The notes under the pieces are model-generated. The model saw nothing but the letters and a program-made list of their open reading frames with translations, searched no databases and was not told the DNA's origin. Position numbers and translations under genes: made by a program. Shown in pieces: positions 1 through 9,404 of a DNA stretch of 36,667 bases. The stretch is taken from the NCBI GenBank assembly GCA_041752695.1, contig JBGSVZ010000040.1, positions 1 through 36,667 of the forward strand, written 5' to 3'. The DNA is from Terrimicrobiaceae bacterium (GTDB lineage Bacteria > Verrucomicrobiota > Verrucomicrobiia > Chthoniobacterales > Terrimicrobiaceae). The first letter of the stretch is position 1. Each line of letters starts with the position of its first letter.

Positions 1-140
1 CTCCGCGGGACTCAAAATCGCGGCTACGCCGCCTCAACAATCCCTTGCCTCTACCAACCCAAATGAACTAAATCAACCCCGTCCTAAGTGGTGCACTTTG
101 AAGTGACCACAGGTGGTGCATTTTGAAGTGACCGCCGACA
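1..140. mobile_element. End of an IS21-family insertion sequence (runs off the window start)
   Basis: Ends in ...ACCGCCGACA at 140 (TGT terminus on the minus strand). Two tandem 21-bp repeats GTGGTGCA(C/T)TTTGAAGTGACC at 88-108 and 113-133 match the multi-repeat end structure typical of IS21. The antiporter reading frame loses homology exactly here. Confidence 0.8.
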
Positions 141-499
141 AGAACCAGACCCTCTCCAAACTTCCAGCCCCACGCCATCGCCAGCGCCGTGCCAGCGGCC
201 GTGGCGATGAGGATCTGCCCGAGGGCGCCTGGAATCGCGATGCGTCTGACCGCCAGTAAGTCCCGGACGGAAAAATGCAATCCGACCCCAAACATGAGCA
301 GCATCACTCCGATCTCCGCAAGTTGGGAGGCCAGGGCGCTGTCGGCCACGAATCCCGGCGTGTACGGACCGATGGCGATTCCGGCGATCAGGTAGCCGAC
401 CAATGGCGGCAAACGGAAGGCGTTCGCGATGCAGCCAAAGACGAACGCGAAGACAAAGCCAACTGCAATGGTCGAAATAAGTGTGATGTCGTGTGGCAT
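141..499 (-). pseudogene. Cation:proton antiporter (CPA2, YbaL/Kef-like), N-terminal ~120 codons, interrupted by the IS
   Basis: MPHDITLISTIAVG...LPPLVGYLIAGIAIGPYTPG...LAEIGVMLLMFGVGLHFS is the typical YbaL/RosB N-terminus. After GEGLVL the frame runs into the IS end. Confidence 0.85.
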
Positions 500-613
500 G
501 AGGCTGACGGTCGCGGCAACAGGGTTTACCCCATTCTCGCGCCAAGACACCAGCCCAAGATGCCCGGCAGGAATATCCACCGACCCTGCTCCAGATACCG
601 CCCGAGAGGTGGA

Positions 614-645
614 ACAATAAATGTCCCACCTGGGACATTTATTGT
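614..645. repeat. Perfect 15-bp inverted repeat (terminator, REP or operator-like palindrome)
   Basis: ACAATAAATGTCCCA-CC-TGGGACATTTATTGT, 10 nt past the chrA stop. Confidence 0.7.
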
Positions 646-655
646 AAAATCCTAC

Positions 656-1924
656 TCACTGGGTGGTCAGGCCAAGGAGGGCGCCGGCGGCGATGACCGC
701 CAGGATTTTCCAGCGGCCTTTCCAGAGGCCGAGAAAAAAGATGACGGAGACAACGAGGGCGAAGACGTCCGTCCGCCCGCCTTCGGGAAACAGGACGTGC
801 AATCCGAACCAGACCGCAAGATTGAGCACGATGCCAACGACGGCCGCGGTAATGGTGGAGAGCGCGGCGGTGAGGGCGCGAACCTTTCGCAGCCGGTCGA
901 TGTAGGGCGCTCCCGCCAGGATGAAGAGGAAGCTGGGGAGGAAGGTTGTCCAGGTGGTGATGGCGGCGCCGAGTGTGCCGGCGATAAGGGGAGGCAACGT
1001 TCCGTGGTCTTGCCACGCTCCGACGAATCCGACAAATTGGAGGACGATGATAAGCGGGCCGGGCGTGGTTTCCGCGAGGGCGAGTCCGGTCATCATTTGC
1101 TGGGTGTTCAGCCAGCCAAAATGGTCAACGGCCTGTTGGGCGACATACGGCAGGACGGCATAAGCCCCGCCGAAGGTGACGAGCGCGGCCTTGCTGAAGA
1201 AGATGCCCTGCTGCACGAGGATGTTTCCCGGTCCAAAGCTTAGGGCAAGGAGCAAAACCGGCAGCCACCAAAGAGCCAGGCAGGAGGCGCCTACCCGAAG
1301 AATGCGGAATTTGTCGGCGGGAGGGAGGGCTGAGCCGGTCTCCTGCTCGCTGTCGTGTACGGGGAGGGTGAGGAAAACAGACGGCCTCACGCGTGAGCCG
1401 ATCAATCCGAGAATTCCCGCTCCGACGATAATGGCGATGAAAGGCAGTTTGAGAAAGAAGATCGCAATAAAGGCCAGAGCGGCGACCGACCACATCAGCG
1501 GATTCTTCAAAGCCTTGCTGCCGATGCGCAGGATTGCGGCGGCCACGATGGCCATTACGGCAGGTTGCAGACCGTAAAAAATCGCCGCGATCCAGGGGAC
1601 ATTTCCGCCGACCATGGAGAGCCAACTCAAGGCCCAGAGAAGCACCGCGGAGGGAAGAATAAACAGCGCCCCGGCGACGACACCGCCCCAGGTGCCGTGC
1701 AGGGCCCAGCCGATGTAGGTGGCTAGTTGCTGGGCCTCGGGGCCTGGCATGAGCATGCAGAAATTCAGCGCATGAAGAAACCGGCCTTCGCTGATCCAGC
1801 GCCGTTTCTCCACCAGTTCGGTGTGCATGATGGCGATCTGACCGGTGGGGCCACCGAAACTGATCAGGCCCAGCTTCAGCCAAAACCATGCCGCTGTGGC
1901 AAAAGAAGGCGGTTCGGGTGTCAT
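656..1924 (-). CDS. chrA: Chromate efflux transporter (long-chain CHR family)
   Basis: Two CHR halves: WLKLGLISFGGPTGQIA...PGPEAQQLATYIG and FFSKAALVTFGGAYAVL...AETTPGPLI. Alternative GTG start at 1957. Confidence 0.93.
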   Translation of the reverse strand: MTPEPPSFATAAWFWLKLGLISFGGPTGQIAIMHTELVEKRRWISEGRFLHALNFCMLMPGPEAQQLATYIGWALHGTWGGVVAGALFILPSAVLLWALSWLSMVGGNVPWIAAIFYGLQPAVMAIVAAAILRIGSKALKNPLMWSVAALAFIAIFFLKLPFIAIIVGAGILGLIGSRVRPSVFLTLPVHDSEQETGSALPPADKFRILRVGASCLALWWLPVLLLALSFGPGNILVQQGIFFSKAALVTFGGAYAVLPYVAQQAVDHFGWLNTQQMMTGLALAETTPGPLIIVLQFVGFVGAWQDHGTLPPLIAGTLGAAITTWTTFLPSFLFILAGAPYIDRLRKVRALTAALSTITAAVVGIVLNLAVWFGLHVLFPEGGRTDVFALVVSVIFFLGLWKGRWKILAVIAAGALLGLTTQ

Positions 1925-1969
1925 CCTCTCCCCGGCCCTTTCACTCGGCCCCTTCACTTCTCAGAGATC

Positions 1970-2764
1970 TTACATCAACCCTTCTTCGCGTCCCTGCCGC
2001 GCGGCGTGGCACAGCGTGAGAGCAAGCATAAGGGCTTCCTGCGCCTGTTCTTTGGCGGAAAGAGCGCCGGGCAGTCCGATGACAATCTCCGCAGGTTGAC
2101 GGGATGCCTGGGGAATGGGAGTCATCGAGCGAGCGTAGGTCGGGCGGACGGGATTGATGCGCCACTGGAAATTCTGGCTCACCGAGGCATGGCGTTTGAG
2201 GGCGTCGGAAAGCACGATTTTTTGCTCATCCTCCGCCAACCAGGCTTCCACGTCGGCGTCTTTCGCCCGGCCGTTTTCCCGAAGGACGATGACGAGATCG
2301 TATTCGTATCGGAGCAGCTCCTTTTCCAGCACCTGGATATGACTGGAAGGTGAATTTTCCCAGCAGGCCACGCCGTCAATTTGTTGTTTCCCGGTCAGAA
2401 AAACACCCGCGCGATGGGCTTCGAGGTTGATAACTGGATAAGCGGTGACCTCGAGGCCGTTGACCAGTTGAAGGCGGGATTCCAGAGCCGCCAGCATGCG
2501 GGCCACGGCGTAGGGCGTGATGCTTTCCGTGCCCACCCAGCCGCCGAGGATGAGCGTGCGGATCGGCACTTGCACGGGCTCGGTTCCGCACACGTGAAAG
2601 TACGGAATCATGTCCCGGCGCACGCCGGTCTGGGGGTTGCCATATCCAACAATCAGGGAGGAGGATTCCTCGGCGAGTTGGAGCAGGGGAGCCACCAGGC
2701 TGTCCACATCCTGGGCTCCCGATTCAAACTGATGAGAGATCTGTTGATCGGTGAGGGATTTCAT
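1970..2764 (-). CDS. Hypothetical protein, degenerate M14 zinc-carboxypeptidase-like fold
   Basis: ILGGWVGTE / AYPVINLEA / DLVIVLRE align by eye with the M14 motifs GxHGxE / PxxNPxG / DxxIxLH, but both His residues are missing. Confidence 0.55.
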   Translation of the reverse strand: MKSLTDQQISHQFESGAQDVDSLVAPLLQLAEESSSLIVGYGNPQTGVRRDMIPYFHVCGTEPVQVPIRTLILGGWVGTESITPYAVARMLAALESRLQLVNGLEVTAYPVINLEAHRAGVFLTGKQQIDGVACWENSPSSHIQVLEKELLRYEYDLVIVLRENGRAKDADVEAWLAEDEQKIVLSDALKRHASVSQNFQWRINPVRPTYARSMTPIPQASRQPAEIVIGLPGALSAKEQAQEALMLALTLCHAARQGREEGLM

Positions 2765-2842
2765 GACGGGCGATGTTGGGGCAAAGGAAGTTTATGCCAT
2801 CGCGAAAGTCAATTTTTCCCGGCCGGGTTCGCAGTTTTTCGT

Positions 2843-3157
2843 TCAGGGCAGAAACGAACAGACGTATTGGCAGGGTGCATCCGTCACCGTGATGGTGAAG
2901 CCGGATTTGGCCGGCACGCTGAAGCTGCCGTCTGCTGCGTGATGGCTGGCGGCGGTTTCGCCGTCCAACACGACTTCGCAGGCACCGTCGGTGATTTCCA
3001 TCAACTCCGCCGCGTCGGTGCCGAAGTGGTAGGACCCGGGGAAAATGATCCCGAGGGTTTTTTTGGAGCCGTCGGCGAGGAGGATGGTATGCGAGACGAC
3101 CTTGCCTTCGAAATAGACGTTGGCTTTGGCGACGGCGGTGACATGGGAGAATTCCAT
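2843..3157 (-). CDS. ppnP: Pyrimidine/purine nucleoside phosphorylase (YaiE/DUF1255)
   Basis: KANVYFEGKVVS...KKTLGIIFPGSYHFGT..AELMEI...FSVPAKSGF...YVCSF; 104 aa from ATG 3157. Confidence 0.9.
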   Translation of the reverse strand: MEFSHVTAVAKANVYFEGKVVSHTILLADGSKKTLGIIFPGSYHFGTDAAELMEITDGACEVVLDGETAASHHAADGSFSVPAKSGFTITVTDAPCQYVCSFLP

Positions 3158-3204
3158 GGGGATTGAAATCGGATGCCGAGGAAAATCTGGCAAGGAGAAA
3201 TGTT

Positions 3205-3585
3205 TCAGTTGCGGGTCCGATGACAGATCTCCAGCCGGTTGCCAAAGGGATCTTCGAAAAAAATCGCGTAGTAATAATCCTCATCCTCGAAGCAGGGCCC
3301 CTCGATATTTTGCGCGCCGATTTCCCGGAGGAAGGGGAGGAACTCGTCCACCGAAGCGTTGGAGTCGGTCCAGAAGGCGACCCGGTTTTCGTTGGCCGCG
3401 TGGCCGGGAGATTCGATGAAGCCGAAGAACTCGGTTGGGCCGGTGCCGTCGGCGTTGTAACTCACCCAGCGGGGAATCTTTTGCTCCTGCGTGAAGCCGA
3501 GGGCGGGAAGGAGCCGGTCGTAGAAAAGGCGCGCGGCCTGAAGGTCGGGCACGCGCAGGTCAATGTGGTCGAGGATGCGGGGCAT
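3205..3585 (-). CDS. VOC family (glyoxalase/bleomycin resistance) protein
   Basis: LDHIDLRVPDL...FYDRLLPALG...YYAIFFEDPFGNRLEI. Confidence 0.88.
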   Translation of the reverse strand: MPRILDHIDLRVPDLQAARLFYDRLLPALGFTQEQKIPRWVSYNADGTGPTEFFGFIESPGHAANENRVAFWTDSNASVDEFLPFLREIGAQNIEGPCFEDEDYYYAIFFEDPFGNRLEICHRTRN

Positions 3586-3622
3586 GACTTAATGAAACCC
3601 CGTTCGACGGACCTCGCAAGGG

Positions 3623-3649
3623 TTGACGTGTGTTTCTCTATGAGATACA
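3623..3649 (+). promoter_or_regulatory. Putative -35 box (TTGACG) followed by a palindromic operator upstream of the XRE gene
   Basis: TTGACG at 3623-3628; inverted repeat TGTTTCTC-TAT-GAGATACA at 3631-3649 (7/8 match). Confidence 0.5.
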
Positions 3650-3659
3650 TGCGTTTCCC

Positions 3660-4214
3660 GTGGATGAACATACCATCGGAAGAAATATCCGAACGTTGCG
3701 CGAGGGCAAGGGCCTGAGTCTGACGGAGGCGGCGGCGCGCGCGGGCTTGTCCAAGAGCGCGCTTTCCAAGGTGGAGACCGCGCGGATTTCCTCTCCGATC
3801 AGCACGCTCCTGGCGATCGCGGGCGCGCTTGATGTTCACCTCAGCCGATTCTTTGAAGAGGCCACCCAAAGGCCCACGCATGTGGTGACGCGCAAGGGAA
3901 AGGCCCCGGTGATTTCTCGAGGAGGTTCGCAATATGGCTACGCCTATCAGGCTCTTGCGCTGAATATGCCGGACAAGCTGATGGAGCCATTTCTTCTTAC
4001 GGTTCGGCCCGGAGACAAGCGCGGGGTCTTCAAGCATAAGGGGCAGGAGTTCATCTACCTGCTTTCCGGGCGGATGCGGATGCGTCTGGGTGAGGAATTT
4101 GTCGTGCTCGAAGCGGGCGACGCGTTGTATTTCGATCCGACCCTCGAGCACTCCTGTGAAGCTCTTGACCGCAGGGCGGCGCAATTCCTCTGCTGTTTTC
4201 TGCAATCCCCCTGA
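3660..4214 (+). CDS. XRE-family HTH transcriptional regulator with C-terminal cupin domain
   Basis: IGRNIRTLREGKGLSLTEAAARAGLSKSALSKVET HTH; HKGQEFIYLLSG...LEAGDALYFD..EH cupin. The start codon is uncertain (GTG 3660 or 3630). Confidence 0.9.
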   Translation: MDEHTIGRNIRTLREGKGLSLTEAAARAGLSKSALSKVETARISSPISTLLAIAGALDVHLSRFFEEATQRPTHVVTRKGKAPVISRGGSQYGYAYQALALNMPDKLMEPFLLTVRPGDKRGVFKHKGQEFIYLLSGRMRMRLGEEFVVLEAGDALYFDPTLEHSCEALDRRAAQFLCCFLQSP

Positions 4215-4226
4215 CCCCACTGCTTT

Positions 4227-4979
4227 ATGATCCCCATTAACCTCGACGGAAAATCCGCCTTTATCACCGGCGGCGGCCAGGGACTCGGTGCGGAGACGGC
4301 ACGACTCCTCCACCGGGCTGGGGCCTCTGTCACCGTGAGCTATTTTGAAGAAGGGGGAGGGGTGAATAAATCGAAGGCGGAAGCGCTCGTGGCGGAACTG
4401 GGGGCGCGGGCGCTGGCGCTGGAGGGTGACGTGCGGAATGCGGCATCTGCAGAAAAGGCAGCCGCCCGGATCGCCGCCCGATTCGGAGCGATCGACATCC
4501 TCGTCAACAATGCCGCGGTGCTCAAGGATCGCTCGTTTGCCAAGATGGCGGCGGACGAGTGGCAAACTGTCATCGACACCAACCTTACCGGGGTTTTTAC
4601 CGTGACCAAAGCCTGCCTGCCCCACCTTGGAGCGGGGGCCCGCATCATCAACCTGGCTTCGATTGTCGCGGTGATTGGCTTTTTTGGACAGGGCAACTAT
4701 GCGGCGGCGAAAGCTGGCGTGATCGGGCTCACCAAGGTGCTAAGCCGCGAACTCGGTCGGAAAGGCGTGACGGTGAATGCCATCGCGCCGGGAGTGGTCC
4801 TGACCGAAATGGGAAAAAGCATTCCGGAAGACGTGCGTCACGAGATGATGAAACAGATCCCGCTCGCCCGGTTCGGGGAACCTCAGGATATTGCCAACGC
4901 CATCCTCTTTCTTTCCAGTCCGCTGGCCTCCTACATCACGGGCCAGACCCTTCACGTCAACGGCGGCTGGTTCGGTTGA
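4227..4979 (+). CDS. SDR family oxidoreductase (FabG/acetoacetyl-CoA reductase-like)
   Basis: TGGGQGLG, NNAA, YAAAK, VNAIAPG and YITGQTLHVNGG motifs. Confidence 0.92.
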   Translation: MIPINLDGKSAFITGGGQGLGAETARLLHRAGASVTVSYFEEGGGVNKSKAEALVAELGARALALEGDVRNAASAEKAAARIAARFGAIDILVNNAAVLKDRSFAKMAADEWQTVIDTNLTGVFTVTKACLPHLGAGARIINLASIVAVIGFFGQGNYAAAKAGVIGLTKVLSRELGRKGVTVNAIAPGVVLTEMGKSIPEDVRHEMMKQIPLARFGEPQDIANAILFLSSPLASYITGQTLHVNGGWFG

Positions 4980-4988
4980 GTGCCCGCC

Positions 4989-6521
4989 ATGGCAACCCAC
5001 CCGAAATGCTGCACGGCGGACGAAGCCGTGAAAGGAATTCCCGATGCCAGCACGCTGGTCTGCGGGGGATTTGTCGGGGCCGGGCATGCCGAGGCGCTCA
5101 CCGCGGCGCTGGAGCGGTTGTTTTTGCAGTCGGCGAATCCGAAGAATCTCACCCTCGTTTATGCAGCGGGGCAGGGGGATGGAAAATCCCGGGGCATGAA
5201 TCATCTGGCTCACGAAGGGCTCTTGCGTCGCGTCATCGGGGGGCATTGGGGACTCGCCCCCGCCTTGGGACGGATGGCGGTGGAAGAGAGAATCGAGGCC
5301 TACAATTTTCCGCAGGGTGTCATCTGTCAGTTGTTTCGCGACATTGCGGCGGGGCGTCCGGGTTGTCTGACGCATGTCGGTTTGGGAACATTTATCGATC
5401 CGGATTTGGGGGGAGGCCGCTTGAATGCTCGCACTCCGCCCGGCCTCGTCGAAAAAGTTCATCTGCGGGGGAGGGACTGGCTGCTTTATCACTCCTTCCC
5501 GCTGGACGTGGCGTTCATCCGGGCGACAGCCGCGGATTGCCATGGCAATCTTTCGACGAGTCGGGAGGCGATCATCGGCGAGGTGCTGCCCATCGCGCAG
5601 GCAGTGCGGAATTCGGGTGGCCGGGTGATTGCGCAGGTTGCGGAGATTTTGCCCGGCCCTCTGGTCCCGCAGCAGGTGGCTGTTCCCGGCGTGTTGGTGG
5701 ATCGTATCGTGGTGGCCTCACCCGAACTGCACCAACAGACCTTTGCCGAGGATTTTAACGAGAGATATGTGTCGGCCGCGCCGTGCACGGATCGAGAAAA
5801 TTCCGGAGCCCGGCTCTCGGATGGACCGCGCAGGATCATCGCCAATCGCGCCTGCGATGAACTGGAGAAAGGAGCGATGGTCAATCTGGGGATAGGCATG
5901 CCCGAGGGCATCTCGCGGATCGCGGCGGAGCGGGGGATCATTCCGCAAATCACGCTCACTGTGGAAAGTGGTCCCATTGGAGGCGCGCCGGCGGGAGGGC
6001 TGTCGTTCGGAGCCTCTGAATATCCGCAGGCGGTGGTGGATCAGCCGGCACAATTTGATTTTTACGATGGGGGCGGGCTGGACTTTGCCGCTCTTGGTGC
6101 GGCGCAGATCGACCGACTCGGCAATGTCAATGTCTCGCGTTTCGGCACGCGGGTGGCGGGCGTGGGAGGTTTTGTGAATATCGCGCAATCCGCCCGGAAG
6201 CTGGTCTTCTGCGGCACGTTCACCTCCGGTGAATTGGAAGTGGAGATCCGAAAGGGGCGGCTGCGCATTGTCCGCGAGGGACGGTCGCGAAAGTTTTTGC
6301 GGCAGGTTGAGCAGATTTCGTTTAGCGCGAAGAATGCCCGCGCGAAAGGACAGCGGGTTCTTTACGTCACCGAGCGTGCGGTATTTCAACTCGGCGAGAA
6401 CGGTTTGGTGCTGCTCGAAATCGCACCAGGAATCGATCTGCAACGTGATATCCTTGACCTGATGGAGTTTACTCCTGCCATCGGCACTCTCCGTGAAATG
6501 TCCCCCCAGTGTTTCCTTTAA
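4989..6521 (+). CDS. Acyl-CoA:acetate/3-ketoacid CoA transferase (fused alpha/beta, YdiF/Pct-like)
   Basis: [40 protein letters not shown] (catalytic Glu), [16 protein letters not shown]. Confidence 0.92.
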   Translation: MATHPKCCTADEAVKGIPDASTLVCGGFVGAGHAEALTAALERLFLQSANPKNLTLVYAAGQGDGKSRGMNHLAHEGLLRRVIGGHWGLAPALGRMAVEERIEAYNFPQGVICQLFRDIAAGRPGCLTHVGLGTFIDPDLGGGRLNARTPPGLVEKVHLRGRDWLLYHSFPLDVAFIRATAADCHGNLSTSREAIIGEVLPIAQAVRNSGGRVIAQVAEILPGPLVPQQVAVPGVLVDRIVVASPELHQQTFAEDFNERYVSAAPCTDRENSGARLSDGPRRIIANRACDELEKGAMVNLGIGMPEGISRIAAERGIIPQITLTVESGPIGGAPAGGLSFGASEYPQAVVDQPAQFDFYDGGGLDFAALGAAQIDRLGNVNVSRFGTRVAGVGGFVNIAQSARKLVFCGTFTSGELEVEIRKGRLRIVREGRSRKFLRQVEQISFSAKNARAKGQRVLYVTERAVFQLGENGLVLLEIAPGIDLQRDILDLMEFTPAIGTLREMSPQCFL

Positions 6522-6527
6522 ACTCTT

Positions 6528-7688
6528 ATGCACGCCCTATCCCCGATCTATATCGTGTCCGCCAAACGCACTCCGTTCGGTCGCTTCCTGGGCAGCCTGG
6601 GAGAGTTGTCGCCGGTGGATCTGGCAGTGGCAGCGGGCGAGGCTGCTTTGGCTGGCCTTGATCGACATCAAATCGAGCTGTGCATTCTCGGAAATGTGCT
6701 CGGAGCCGGACACGGCATGAACATTGCCCGCCAGGCGGCCCTGGCGTTGGGATTGCCCAAGGAAACTCCTGCCTACTCGGTGAATCAGATGTGTGCGTCG
6801 GGCATGACCTCCGTCTTGCAGGGCATAGCGGCCATTCGGGCGGGCGAAGCGGATGTCGTGCTTTGCGGCGGGGCGGAAGCCATGAGCCAGGCCCCGCGGC
6901 TCGTGAAGGAAAGCCGGACAGGAAAAAAGCTTGGGGATGGGAAGCTGGTCGATTCGCTGTTGAACGATGGGCTGATGGACCCCTCCACGCGGCAGCACAT
7001 GGGGCTTACGGCCGAGCATCTGGCGGATCTGTTCCGCATCAGTCGCGAGGAGCAGGATGCCTTTGCGATTCGCAGTCATCAAAATTGGAGTGCGGCGGAG
7101 CTTCGCGGGGCATTTGCCTCAGAGAGAATTACGATGGACGTGCTGGCCACGGACGAACAGGCCCGTCCGGATTCTTCGCGGGCAAAGCTTGCCTCGTTGA
7201 AAGCCACCTTCCAGAGCAACGGCACGGTCACGGCTGCCAATGCCTCGGGGATCAACGACGGCGCGGCGATGATCGTTTTGGCAGACGAAAAGGCGTGCGG
7301 CGCCAATGGTTGGACGCCGCTTGCCAGGGTGACGGGGTGGTCCACCGTGGGCTGTGATCCACGAACCATGGGGCTTGGCCCAGTGCACGCGATCCGGAGA
7401 CTTTGTGATCGCTTCAGCCTGGACCTCGACGGGTTCGATGCGGTGGAGATCAACGAGGCTTTCGCGGCGCAGGTCCTGGCCTGTCTGAACGAACTGGGGA
7501 TGGAGGTTTCCCCCAAAATAAATGCCTGGGGAGGAGCCATCGCCATCGGTCACCCGATCGGCGCGAGCGGAGCCCGGCTAACGGCGCACCTGGCCCACCG
7601 CATCGCGAAGGGAGAGGTGAGGACGGCCCTGGGCAGCCTCTGTGTGGGCGGGGGCATGGGGATCGCATTGGCGATGGGAGTGGCGTAA
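6528..7688 (+). CDS. Acetyl-CoA C-acetyltransferase (thiolase)
   Basis: NQMCASG, NASGINDGAA, EINEAFA, GHPIGASG and CVGGGMG motifs. Confidence 0.95.
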   Translation: MHALSPIYIVSAKRTPFGRFLGSLGELSPVDLAVAAGEAALAGLDRHQIELCILGNVLGAGHGMNIARQAALALGLPKETPAYSVNQMCASGMTSVLQGIAAIRAGEADVVLCGGAEAMSQAPRLVKESRTGKKLGDGKLVDSLLNDGLMDPSTRQHMGLTAEHLADLFRISREEQDAFAIRSHQNWSAAELRGAFASERITMDVLATDEQARPDSSRAKLASLKATFQSNGTVTAANASGINDGAAMIVLADEKACGANGWTPLARVTGWSTVGCDPRTMGLGPVHAIRRLCDRFSLDLDGFDAVEINEAFAAQVLACLNELGMEVSPKINAWGGAIAIGHPIGASGARLTAHLAHRIAKGEVRTALGSLCVGGGMGIALAMGVA

Positions 7689-7758
7689 CCTCAAGGCAGG
7701 GCACCTGCCGATGTTGGAATCCAGCCTTTAGGCTGTTCCGAGAGGCACACGCTAAAGC

Positions 7759-9396
7759 GTGAACTCCAACGCGTCACATCCTCCCTCGCAAAATCTGCTT
7801 GAGCTTCCCCCTGCCCTTCGAGGAAGCTTCCCCATGGAAGACCTCTCCGCTTTTTTTCCCGACGCCGACTTTTTCTTCCCCCGCAACCTGCCCGTAGGTC
7901 TCACCTTCGACGATATTTCGCTGGCGACGCGCTATTCGGATATCCTGCCTCGCGATGCCAATCTGGCGGTTTCGCTCTCGCCCTCGCTTCATCTGCAGAT
8001 TCCCATTCTGTCGTCCGATATGGACACTGTGACGGAATCGAAAATGGCGATTCGCATGGCGCTGAATGGAGGCCTGGGCCTCATTCATTACAACATGACC
8101 GACGAGGCGCAGGTGAAAGAAGTGGCCCGCGTCAAAAACCACATCCACGGATTCATCCGCGAGCCCATCAAAGTGATGGCCGATCAAAAAATCGGGGAGG
8201 TTCTCGACCGCATCGCGCGGAAAAACTTTGGGTTTAGCACGTTCCCGGTGGTGGATGAAAATAACCGCCTGCTGGGCCTGCTGCCGGGGAGTTGCGTGAA
8301 GGAACGCTATCGGGAACATTCGGTGCGCGAGGCCATGACGCCGCGCGAATCGGTTTACACGCTTCTCCAGAGCGAAATTGGCCGCAATCCGATTGATACC
8401 GCAGACCGCTTTTTCACCGAGCACATTGGCATCAACAAACTCCTGATCGTCGATGACAACGACCGTCTCTGCGGCCTGTTTACACTTAGTGATATTGAAC
8501 GGATTGAGGACGAGGCCTCGCGAATCGTGAAGCCCGCGCGTGACGATCGTTTTCGCCTGCTCTGTGGTGCCGCCGTCGCCTCCCACCGCAAGCCCGACGG
8601 CACGCTTGATGCCGACCGCATCGTCAATCATGTCGGAAGTCTGGTGGCGGAAGGGGTGGATGCCGTGGCGGTGTCCACGGCCCACGGGTTTTCCCAGGGT
8701 GTGGGGGACAGCGTGCGGTTGCTCCGCCAACAATTTCCCAGCCTCACTCTCATTGCGGGCAACGTGACAAGTGCCGACGGCGTGGCGTTTCTGGCCGAGG
8801 CCGGCGCGAACTGCATCAAGATCGGCCAAGGCCCCGGATCCATTTGCACCACCAGAGTGGTGGCAGGGGTGGGCATTCCCCAAATGACCGCGCTTTATGT
8901 GGCCTCGAGGGAGGCGTCGAAACATCACGTCACCATTCTGGCGGACGGAGGAATTACGAAGTCGGGCGACATGGTGAAAGCCCTCACCCTGGCCGACGGT
9001 CTCATTTGCGGTGGCCTGCTGGCGGGCTGCGACGAAGCCCCGGGCCGCATCATGGAAATCAACGGCAAGCTCTACAAACAATACCGCGGCATGGGCAGTC
9101 GCGAGGCGATGAAAGAAGGGTCCGCCGCCCGCTACGGACACGACAAAAAAGACGCGGTGGCCAAAGCGGCGCCCGAGGGTATTGAAGCACTCAAGGAGGC
9201 CGTCGGGCCGCTCGACACTGTGTTGCGGGAACTCATCGGCGGCATCCAATCCGGCATGGGGTACCTCGGGGCGCGCGATCTCCCCGCGTTGCGAAAAAAC
9301 GCCCGCTATATCCGGGTGAGTCCGGCCGGACAAAAAGAGGCCGCTCCGCACGATGTCATCACCGTGAAGGCCTCAGCCAATTCGACGAGCGAGTGA
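7759..9396 (+). CDS. guaB: IMP dehydrogenase with CBS pair
   Basis: [30 protein letters not shown] (catalytic Cys), [17 protein letters not shown]. Alternative ATG at 7834. Confidence 0.95.
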   Translation: MNSNASHPPSQNLLELPPALRGSFPMEDLSAFFPDADFFFPRNLPVGLTFDDISLATRYSDILPRDANLAVSLSPSLHLQIPILSSDMDTVTESKMAIRMALNGGLGLIHYNMTDEAQVKEVARVKNHIHGFIREPIKVMADQKIGEVLDRIARKNFGFSTFPVVDENNRLLGLLPGSCVKERYREHSVREAMTPRESVYTLLQSEIGRNPIDTADRFFTEHIGINKLLIVDDNDRLCGLFTLSDIERIEDEASRIVKPARDDRFRLLCGAAVASHRKPDGTLDADRIVNHVGSLVAEGVDAVAVSTAHGFSQGVGDSVRLLRQQFPSLTLIAGNVTSADGVAFLAEAGANCIKIGQGPGSICTTRVVAGVGIPQMTALYVASREASKHHVTILADGGITKSGDMVKALTLADGLICGGLLAGCDEAPGRIMEINGKLYKQYRGMGSREAMKEGSAARYGHDKKDAVAKAAPEGIEALKEAVGPLDTVLRELIGGIQSGMGYLGARDLPALRKNARYIRVSPAGQKEAAPHDVITVKASANSTSE

Positions 9397-9404
9397 GCAA
9401 GCGC

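Noticed and set aside
88..133. CRISPR-like repeats
   Set aside because: Only two copies 4 nt apart, with no spacers or cas genes. Explained as IS21 terminal repeats.
7774..9351. 525-aa minus-strand ORF opposite guaB (and similar long antisense ORFs at 275-1243, 10371-11969, 11710-13107, 14253-15689, 21577-23133, 33482-34675)
   Set aside because: Antisense shadows of well-supported genes in GC-rich DNA, with no recognisable motifs.
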